A DNA stretch of 64,000 nucleotides from Peptococcaceae bacterium SCADC1_2_3 (GTDB lineage Bacteria > Bacillota > Desulfotomaculia > Desulfotomaculales > Nap2-2B): assembly GCA_000681355.2 (NCBI GenBank), contig JJNX02000004.1, forward strand, positions 757-64,756, given 5' to 3'. The position numbers and the translations under genes were made by a program. How positions within the stretch are numbered: the stretch's first letter is position 1; every line of letters starts with the position of its first letter. This document shows, in pieces, positions 54,046 through 61,522 of the stretch. The notes beneath the pieces were generated by a model that saw nothing but the letters and a program-made list of their open reading frames with translations, had not been told where the DNA came from and did no database searches.

Positions 54046-54843
54046 TTACATATTGGGAGTAAAATCCGACAAGGCCTTGCGGTCCTGTTTTATGCCAACA
54101 GCCAGCGCCAGCGTCTTTTCCCATGTCTTTTCCGTTTCATACCTGAGAAACTCATACAAGGAATTTAAATCCTCGGTTTCGTCATATTTTTGCAAGCACT
54201 CATAATACATCCGTTTATCTTCATCATAGAAAATGAGGGGTGGGTGGTTATTCGTCATGAGATAGTAATTTAGGAGCGTCCTTCCGACACGTCCGTTGCC
54301 GTCCGCAAAAGGATGGATAAATTCAAATCTCGCGTGAAGGTAGGCGGCGACTTTCAATACATCCTTGCCTTCATACGCATTGACTTCGTCAATCAGTTCC
54401 GTCAGATTGCATTCCACATCTTCCGCGGCTGAGCCAACCTCATGGATGCCGGTCACGTAATCGTGCTTTTTGAACTCACCCGGTCGTTCTTCGTTTTCAA
54501 TATATCTTCGTTCATCGTATGTTCCGCCGGTAAGTGCCCTATGGATTTCCTTGACCAGTTCCATACTCAGATGCTCCTTTTTCACGATTTTTTCTTTCAA
54601 AAGCTCGTAGCACATTTTTTGATTTTGCTGCTCAAATAAAGCGCGGGGATTACCGGTATAATTTGCGACCCTGCCGTTTTCAAAGATTTCTCTTGTATCG
54701 TGATAGGTAATATCCTCGTTTTCTATCTTTCCGGAATGGAACGCAAACAAAATACGGAAGCTGTCCAAACATTTATCCAGGTCGGCTACCGACATAATGT
54801 TGTACGACTGCCACAACTCGACCACCTGGCGATATTGATCCAT
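54046..54843 (-). CDS. fic: Fic-family protein (class II, intramolecular inhibitory helix)
   Basis: Active-site motif HPFADGNGRVGR. The N-terminal SGKIEN fits the (S/T)xxxE(G/N) inhibitory motif. Start placed at MDQYRQV after AAGGAGGG. Confidence 0.85.
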   Translation of the reverse strand: MDQYRQVVELWQSYNIMSVADLDKCLDSFRILFAFHSGKIENEDITYHDTREIFENGRVANYTGNPRALFEQQNQKMCYELLKEKIVKKEHLSMELVKEIHRALTGGTYDERRYIENEERPGEFKKHDYVTGIHEVGSAAEDVECNLTELIDEVNAYEGKDVLKVAAYLHARFEFIHPFADGNGRVGRTLLNYYLMTNNHPPLIFYDEDKRMYYECLQKYDETEDLNSLYEFLRYETEKTWEKTLALAVGIKQDRKALSDFTPNM

Positions 54844-54875
54844 GATGTATTCCCTCCTTTTTCCATTCTTTTTTA

Positions 54876-55013
54876 TTATATCACACCACGAAATGGAAAT
54901 GGGGAAATGCATTCCCTATCCCGGTCGTCGCTGAAAATCTTAAGCTTCGCATTTCCGCGGGTAGTGATGTGGTAAACTGCACCAGGATATTCTATTCTTA
55001 ACGGTCTAGCCAT
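54876..55013 (-). pseudogene. 5' fragment of an IS200/REP-associated Y1 transposase gene
   Basis: MARPLRIEYPGAVYHITTRGNAKLKIFSDDRDRE, then unrelated residues and a stop. It abuts the fic upstream region. Confidence 0.55.
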
Positions 55014-55159
55014 GTGGTATATTAAAATAAACATTTTCTTATATTTCAAGACCTGACCCCATTCAGCCCTTGTAAAACTCCTGAGGATAATTTATACTTT
55101 AGTTGCTTTTTATATATCTATCATTACCTTTATTTATCTACCTCATTGGAGGAAAACAA

Positions 55160-55624
55160 TTGCTTTATATTGGGGTAATTGGGACAGGAGAATGTACTGC
55201 TTCAGAAGCCTCCCTGGCCGAAGAAGTGGGGCGTGAAATTGCCCGCCGGAAGGCCGTACTCATTTGCGGGGGGCGGCGGGGCATAATGGAAGCTGCCGCC
55301 AAGGGAGCTAAGGAGGCGGGAGGACTTGTAATAGGTATTCTTCCCGGCAAAAGCCGCCAGGAAGGTAACCCTTACCTGACGGTAGCCCTGGCCACCGGTC
55401 TGGGAGACGCCCGCAATGCCGTTATTGCGTGTGCCTGCGATGTGTTAATTGCTATTTACGGAGGCTACGGTACTCTTTCTGAAATTGGACTGGCTTTAAA
55501 AATGGGTAAGCCTGTGGTGGGTCTTTTTACCTGGGAGTTAGTTCAAAAAGAAAAACGTTCTTTTGCTGTTCACCAGGCCAGGAGTGCGGTTGAAGCAGTA
55601 GAACTGGCTATTCAACTGGCTTAA
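55160..55624 (+). CDS. TIGR00725-family (LOG/DprA-like Rossmann) protein
   Basis: IGVIGTGE, LICGGRRGIMEAAAKGAKEAGGLVIGILPG, GGYGTLSEI. A TTG start after GGAGG is preferred. Confidence 0.75.
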   Translation: MLYIGVIGTGECTASEASLAEEVGREIARRKAVLICGGRRGIMEAAAKGAKEAGGLVIGILPGKSRQEGNPYLTVALATGLGDARNAVIACACDVLIAIYGGYGTLSEIGLALKMGKPVVGLFTWELVQKEKRSFAVHQARSAVEAVELAIQLA

Positions 55625-55708
55625 TGACAAATTAAAGGATAAATAGGGAAATATAGTCTTTTTTCAAAATTGTATCAAACACTAAAAAAAATTAGGGGGT
55701 TATAGAGG

Positions 55709-56113
55709 ATGGGTAATTATAACGTCCTTAACGTAAAAACTTCTTTCCGGACGCAATTTGTAGACATTACCAGTCAAATAAAGCAACTGGTAGCCGGAGC
55801 CGGTATACCGGAAGGAATTTGTCATTTTTATGCGCCCCACACTACTGCCGCCATTACCATTAATGAGAACGCTGATCCCAGTGTGGTTCAGGACATTATA
55901 AAACAGTTAGATAAGTTGGCTCCCTGGCAGGACAACTACCGGCACACAGAAGGAAATGCCGCTGCCCACATCAAAGCCAGTATTTTAGGCGCTTCCCAGG
56001 TTGTTTTTATCAACGACGGCCGTCTGGTGCTAGGTATCTGGCAGGGCATTTTCTTTTGCGAATTTGACGGGCCTAGGCAAAGAAAAGTGTTGGTCAAAAT
56101 AATAGCCGGTTAA
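55709..56113 (+). CDS. yjbQ: YjbQ/UPF0047 family protein (secondary thiamine-phosphate synthase)
   Basis: 134 aa with HTTAAITINENADPSV and NAAAHIKASILG. Confidence 0.85.
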   Translation: MGNYNVLNVKTSFRTQFVDITSQIKQLVAGAGIPEGICHFYAPHTTAAITINENADPSVVQDIIKQLDKLAPWQDNYRHTEGNAAAHIKASILGASQVVFINDGRLVLGIWQGIFFCEFDGPRQRKVLVKIIAG

Positions 56114-56321
56114 CCATAGTAAAAAATTACCCCCTTTTTTTACACGTAAAGACAAGGGATGCGTTATCTGTAAACGAACGGCTTGCGCTGAAGACTTACG
56201 TTTGGGTTTACTTTTTTATGACGCAAGCCAAGGCAAAGATTCATAGTATAAATAAAGCAACTGCCCAACTTTTAAATTAGCTTTGAGCCAAGCAATAAAG
56301 ACTAATAAAGGGGGGATTTTT

Positions 56322-57401
56322 TTGTTCGTTTATTACGTTCAACCCCAGGATACGCTTTACTTAATTGCCCGCCGTTTTAACACTACGCTGGAAAAGATTT
56401 TAACTTTAAATGATCTTCCTGACCCGGATAATATTAAGGTGGGAATGAAACTGTATCTTGATCTAGAAACTGACGAACCAGAGGTGGAAAATGACCCTTA
56501 CACCACCCGAATTGTTGATGGTCTTCTTTATATTTTAACTACCGAGAAAGCCCGGTTTTTACGAAGAGAACCCATTCTTTTGACCCTGACCAAACTAAAC
56601 ATTACCTCCGCCCCGGTTACTTTAAATTACCGGAGTTCCCAACGCTTTGATTTTGTTGTTTTAAAAGACAACCAGGAAATATGGCGCTGGTCGGAAGATC
56701 AGTTTTTTGCCCAGGTGATGGAAAGAATATCTATACGTCCCGGGGAAGCGCAAATATTTAGCGCCCTATGGGACCAACGGGATAATTCCGGGCAATTGGT
56801 GGCTCCAGGTTCGTATATTGTCCGCGGCTACAATTTAGCCGAAGAATTACGCCGCCGGTTTATTCCTACGACCATCAGGATTCGTTTGGCCCCGGCTCCT
56901 TTGCCGCCGCCAATTACCTGTCCGAGTGATAACCTCTTAAACAATCCCGGCCTGGAAAACTGGCTAAACCAGAACACTCCTTCCGGTTGGCAGGGGACAA
57001 ATTTAAACCGCACCCGTTTCAGCAAATCAGGTTCTTTTGCGGCCGAATTAGGAACGTCGCCTAACCAACGGGCTGCCTTAACTCAAATGGTAAGCGGGTT
57101 GCCAAGGCGTTTGTTCCGGCTTGAATTTTGGGCGCGCGAAATTCCACAAACGCCGCCAAGGGCAAATTTTACCCTGGGGGCAGAAACATTTTTTTATGAC
57201 ACTAAAGGCAACTTTATTAGCCGGGCCGACCCTGTTTTTAACCAGGCCGCCATACCTGAACAGTATACTTCGTATACCCTTACGACAGGATTAAGCCCTG
57301 CCGGCACGGCCCGGGCAGAAGTGCGTTTTATCTTTTCTCCCGCAACCGGTAATAACAGTACCGTTGGTATTGATAACGTGGATTTTCGCTGCTTGACATA
57401 A
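56322..57401 (+). CDS. LysM domain protein with a BsuPI-like (protease-inhibitor fold) domain and a C-terminal beta-rich domain
   Basis: YYVQPQDTLYLIARRFNTTLEKILTLN (LysM), then QRFDFVVLKDNQEIWRWS and SYIVRGY (BsuPI-like). The ORF-track start at 56283 is also possible. Confidence 0.65.
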   Translation: MFVYYVQPQDTLYLIARRFNTTLEKILTLNDLPDPDNIKVGMKLYLDLETDEPEVENDPYTTRIVDGLLYILTTEKARFLRREPILLTLTKLNITSAPVTLNYRSSQRFDFVVLKDNQEIWRWSEDQFFAQVMERISIRPGEAQIFSALWDQRDNSGQLVAPGSYIVRGYNLAEELRRRFIPTTIRIRLAPAPLPPPITCPSDNLLNNPGLENWLNQNTPSGWQGTNLNRTRFSKSGSFAAELGTSPNQRAALTQMVSGLPRRLFRLEFWAREIPQTPPRANFTLGAETFFYDTKGNFISRADPVFNQAAIPEQYTSYTLTTGLSPAGTARAEVRFIFSPATGNNSTVGIDNVDFRCLT

Positions 57402-57456
57402 TTTTATACAGTGGGTATGATAAACTTAATAAAGTTTCTCAAAGCATAAATATGAC

Positions 57457-57533
57457 GCGCCCGTAGCTCAGGTGGATAGAGCAGCGGTTTCCTAAACCGC
57501 GTGCCGGGGGTTCGAGTCCCTCCGGGCGCACCA
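57457..57533 (+). tRNA. tRNA-Arg (anticodon CCT)
   Basis: Acceptor GCGCCCG/CGGGCGC, anticodon stem GCGGT/ACCGC with loop TTCCTAA, T-loop TTCGAGT, encoded CCA. Confidence 0.93.
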
Positions 57534-57692
57534 GGAAAGTTAGGAAATGGCAAGGCTTCCGTTGTTTAAGTTGTTTAATAAGAGGACGATTTGGCAAGCC
57601 TAATTTTTCGCCAACCTTCAAGCGCTGGACAAATTTACCCACGGTGAGGTCAGCCTGCTTGGAGCCCAAAGATTTAGCCCAAGATTTTGTAG

Positions 57693-57968
57693 AACTTTCT
57701 ACGGAAAAACAACAAAGATATTAGTGATATTACCCAACGTTTTAAGAACGACCCAGAAGACGAGGCTTGGACCACCCGGGTGGCCAAAACAGTTTGTTTG
57801 TTGAAGTTTGTCCGTGATTTGTCGCGGACAGAAAATAATATTGCCGCCGTACTGGCAGATACGGTAGATCAACCCGCTCCTTTAGTGCCGGTTCAGGTAG
57901 CCCTAAAACACCTTATTGCGGCCCCAAAACAGAATCACTCCGGTGGAACGGACACAATACCTAATTAA
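57693..57968 (+). pseudogene. possible internal fragment of BREX brxC/pglY
   Basis: Open frame EDEAWTTRVAKTVCLLKFVRDLSRTENNIAAVLADTVDQPAPL resembles the region of BrxC following the ATPase domain. No ATPase domain is present. Confidence 0.3.
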
Positions 57969-58184
57969 TGCTCAGCAAATTAAAAATTAAGTATTGTGCC
58001 CCCCCGAATTATACCGAGCTTGTGCGCTTATAAAATGCTGGAGTGGCACAAACATATTCGGGAATCGGTCAGCCGCGGAGATCAGATGTTAAGGTAATGC
58101 TTTTGCAAACAGGAGAAGCTTATTATTTGGGGGTAAAAAAATAATACCTAAAAATTCTTGACAGCATCTTTGGCAAATTCATGT

Positions 58185-58213
58185 TTGACGCCTTTTTTTC
58201 ACTAATGTATAAT
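58185..58213 (+). promoter_or_regulatory. strong sigmaA-type promoter ahead of the two-gene cassette
   Basis: TTGACG, exactly 17 nt, TATAAT. A second TTGACA lies at 58158. Confidence 0.6.
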
Positions 58214-58275
58214 GGTATTAATGCTATCATACAAGGAAGGACAAGGGGTGCGCAGTCCAGTCGATGGACTTTGAC

Positions 58276-58302
58276 CCGGTTTATACAGTCTGTATAAACC
58301 GG
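58276..58302. promoter_or_regulatory. 27-nt perfect palindrome/hairpin in the leader
   Basis: CCGGTTTATACA-GTC-TGTATAAACCGG. A related half-site TTATACAG recurs at 58382. Confidence 0.5.
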
Positions 58303-58453
58303 AACGCCCGAAATAGAAGATAACCGTAATTGTATGAAATGACAAGCTTTAGCCGAATAAACAAGAAGGCACGGCAAAATCTTATACAGAAAGAGACAGC
58401 TTGTATTTGCTGTTTTATAAAGACTATATAATCATTGTTAGGCACTTAGGAGC

Positions 58454-59692
58454 GTGCGAGAGATGAACTTACCCTCATTCCGACGATTCCGCACCGAACT
58501 AGCCAGATTGAACGTACTTGCGCGAGCTTGTGATTTCGCTTTTGAGGTTGCTAGTGGCGCGTTGAACAGGCAAATTCGCGAAGGACGGATTGATCCCTTA
58601 TTCCCTGTCTATCTGCCATGTGATCCAGGCACAGAGGTCGCCAGCAGCCATTATATATTCCTAAATAGGCTAAAAAGTCAGTTTCCCCGCTACATCCGGG
58701 AAACAATCTTCGTAAGGCTGATTTCCACATTTGAGGTGTTCTTGGTCGATTTGGTCCGCGATGTATTCATGCATCGGACCGATCTTTTTCAAAGCACAAA
58801 TGTCATCGAACTCACTCACGCCGAGGCTCTATCAGTGGCAAGCTCCGCGCATCTTCGAGAACGAGTCCTTTCGAAGGAGCTTCGACAACTGCATTCCGCT
58901 GGAATCAAAGATATCGCAAAGTACTACGAGCGACGTATGGAAATAAAGTTCCCCGAATTGCTTGATGGCATCTCTCGACTTTGGGAAATGCATGATCGCC
59001 GGCATCTTCTTGTTCATCAGCTCGGACGTGCAGACCAAGCCTACAGGCACAAATATGGTTATGCAAGAAAAGGTCCGCTGTCTATTGACGAAGGTTACCT
59101 TTCAGAGGCAATAAATACTATCATTGAATTCGCCGATACACTCGAACCAAAGGTCACTGCGCTGTTATCGGATCTGCACAATCGTGAAGGGGCCGACCGA
59201 AATGTGTTTGAACTCGAAATAGAGGTTGAAACTGCCTCTGATGAGGCAGAGCACCTGTTCCTTCCGTCTTACCCATTCATAGTCAATGATCGTGCGACAG
59301 GGGAGCGTGGTGCTCTCCTTAGTGATATCCTCGCATATTCTCGTGACGGTGAGGAAGGGGTCGTGTTGCTGCTCTGTAGTGATCGTGAGACCGTGCTTGC
59401 GTATCTTAGTGAGCTCAAGAAGCTTGAGAAGAGAGGACTACTAAGTATCATTCGAAAGGATATTCACAAGGCGCCAAAAGACGGGATGCAAGACGAACCG
59501 CCTACTAATCTTGATAGGGATACAATTGAAGAGATTGCTCGCCGCCTTCCAGCACAACCATGGTCTAAAGGCATTCACAAGGAGATTGCACAAGCGCTTT
59601 CGATCAGTAATACGCAATGTTCGCGAGCGATAAAAACAATTCTTCGTGATGATTCGCTTCTTTCTCTCGTCGGCATTTTTGAAAGTGGCTAA
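58454..59692 (+). CDS. predicted HEPN-type RNase with a C-terminal HTH-like region (hypothetical)
   Basis: 412 aa, all-alpha N-terminal half with an Rx4H motif in LWEMHDRRHLLVHQLG. C-terminal IAQALSISNTQCSRAIKTIL is HTH-like. The ATG at 58463 is the likelier start (AGGAG 10 nt upstream). Confidence 0.5.
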   Translation: MREMNLPSFRRFRTELARLNVLARACDFAFEVASGALNRQIREGRIDPLFPVYLPCDPGTEVASSHYIFLNRLKSQFPRYIRETIFVRLISTFEVFLVDLVRDVFMHRTDLFQSTNVIELTHAEALSVASSAHLRERVLSKELRQLHSAGIKDIAKYYERRMEIKFPELLDGISRLWEMHDRRHLLVHQLGRADQAYRHKYGYARKGPLSIDEGYLSEAINTIIEFADTLEPKVTALLSDLHNREGADRNVFELEIEVETASDEAEHLFLPSYPFIVNDRATGERGALLSDILAYSRDGEEGVVLLLCSDRETVLAYLSELKKLEKRGLLSIIRKDIHKAPKDGMQDEPPTNLDRDTIEEIARRLPAQPWSKGIHKEIAQALSISNTQCSRAIKTILRDDSLLSLVGIFESG

Positions 59693-59774
59693 CAAGGTGC
59701 TGCACCGGACGGCAATTCCGCTATGCTCCATTGCCCCGGTGAGCTTGGTCGTTAGCATGAAAGAAGGATGAGGT

Positions 59775-60773
59775 ATGGGTACAGAGATCAAGACTTGGCA
59801 GATCATTGATGGGAAGCTCGCGTCTATTGAAAGTACGCTCAAGAAAGAAAGCCGCACTGAACCCTACGATCTGGAACCGTGGCTCGCGTCAAACCCGGAG
59901 ATAATGGGCACAGACATCATGCTTATCGGACGACAGATCATGACGAAGTCCGGACCCATTGACCTCCTTGGGATTGACAAATCCGGAAACACTGTCATCA
60001 TCGAGATCAAACGCTCCGAGTTGCCGCGTGAATCACTTGCGCAGGCCATTGACTATGCATCGGATGTTGCGGAATGGACCGTTGAAAGACTTGGCGAGGT
60101 CTGCTCGAAGTACACAAAGAAGACTCTTCAGGAATCGTTCAACGAATTCTTCCCTGACGTTGATCTGGAAATAGTCAACCTCAACAGCACCCAACGAATC
60201 ATTTTGGTCGGATTTTCCATCGAGGCATCACTTGAAAGGATGATCGAATGGCTGTCCGATTCCTACGGAGTCAATGTGAATGCTGTCGTTCTGAGTTACA
60301 TCAAGACAAAGGGCGGAGAAGAGTTGCTGACGAAGACTTCGATCATTTCTGAGGAAATGGAGGAAGAGCGAAGGCGTAAACAGAAGAAGTTCGAGATTCA
60401 AATGTCCGATGATCCAGGTACGCACGATCACCAAGTCTTGAAACAATTGCTTCGCGACTACCTTTCGCGTGAAAGGGTTACGAATCAACGAATGCGTGAC
60501 ATCCTATTTCCGGCACTGCTCAAAACCAAGGTCTTGATTCGAGACCAACTAAAGAAGGCATTTGTGGACTTTGACCCTAACTATGACGAATCGAAGGTCG
60601 GATACTATCTCACCCTGGTTTCTTCGCAACTTGGTATGAAGAAGAATGACTTTCTCCGACAGGTAGTGGTCTACGAATACCCAAGGCATCACTGGGAGAA
60701 GGACAACTTCGCTATCCGATCCGAGTATCAGGAGTTGGTCAGGGAAGTCCTCGAAGAGCTGAAAGAGAAATGA
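59775..60773 (+). CDS. NucS/DUF91-like PD-(D/E)xK nuclease domain protein with an unknown C-terminal domain
   Basis: 332 aa. LEPWLASNPEIMGTDIMLIGRQIMTKSGPIDLLGIDKSGNTVIIEIKR gives the D...ExK arrangement typical of NucS-like nucleases. Confidence 0.55.
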   Translation: MGTEIKTWQIIDGKLASIESTLKKESRTEPYDLEPWLASNPEIMGTDIMLIGRQIMTKSGPIDLLGIDKSGNTVIIEIKRSELPRESLAQAIDYASDVAEWTVERLGEVCSKYTKKTLQESFNEFFPDVDLEIVNLNSTQRIILVGFSIEASLERMIEWLSDSYGVNVNAVVLSYIKTKGGEELLTKTSIISEEMEEERRRKQKKFEIQMSDDPGTHDHQVLKQLLRDYLSRERVTNQRMRDILFPALLKTKVLIRDQLKKAFVDFDPNYDESKVGYYLTLVSSQLGMKKNDFLRQVVVYEYPRHHWEKDNFAIRSEYQELVREVLEELKEK

Positions 60774-60873
60774 TGCGAACAACGGCTTGCAGCAGACGGT
60801 GTTTCGCATCGCCGCTTATGCCGAACGTTGGCCTCTGGAGTAAAATAGAAGAATCTGGTAGGGTTATGTTGGT

Positions 60874-61164
60874 ATGAATAATCACGAAATTGCGAAACAG
60901 ATAGCCGATCGTACCGCCAAAGCAGTCGCTCACTAATGGAAAACAAGGGCTGCCCAGCGGAAGAAACAGGAAGCAGGTGGCAAAGCCGACCAAGATCTGC
61001 GTAGTGCCGTCACTGGCGGTGCACAGATGGACGGGTTCATTGAACTTTTCTCAGAACTTGTCACACAAGCCGGAATTCCTGGGAGCTGTATTTTTAGAAA
61101 GAAGGCGGTTGAACTTACTGGTTTCTTCAGACCCACCAAGGAATGGGATCTCCTTGTTGTGTGA
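60874..61164 (+). pseudogene. N-terminal remnant of a PaeR7I/XhoI-like type II restriction endonuclease
   Basis: In-frame TAA at 60934. Then AGGKADQDLRSAVTGGAQMDGFIELF, AGIPGSCIF and LTGFFRPTKEWDLLVV, and a stop before the catalytic (E)xKSQ region. Confidence 0.45.
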
Positions 61165-61522
61165 AACCATTTATCTTTGAGAAGGTTTCCACGGAGCGGG
61201 CTTCGATGCTCAAGGAAGATCAATCTTTGTACGAAGTGAGGCCTGCAAGGAGAAAAGTAAAATAGGCCTAACAATGCGCTGTACCTGACCGCTATTCCCT
61301 GTATTCCCTGAAAGAAGTAAAGCCCTGGATAAAATCGGCTTTGTTTGTACGTGTTACTGAACCAAAAATCGTGTTATAATTTGCAAAAGAGACATTATAA
61401 ATGACATTTTATCAAGAGAGGCTGAAGCATAATTTTTGCGAAATAAATTTTTTTAACCTGGAGGATAATTAATATTTAACTAAAGGATACAGGCAAGTAA
61501 CGGTTATCCGGGAGCGAAGATC

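Noticed and set aside
56190-56250. 8-bp stem GGCTTGCG / CGCAAGCC with a roughly 35-nt loop between yjbQ and the LysM gene
   Set aside because: The loop is too large and there is no T-run for a terminator. No riboswitch consensus was recognised.
58123-58377. 84-aa minus-strand ORF across the cassette promoter and leader
   Set aside because: It runs antisense through the promoter hexamers and the palindrome, has no RBS, and has a low-complexity hydrophobic and Cys-rich composition.
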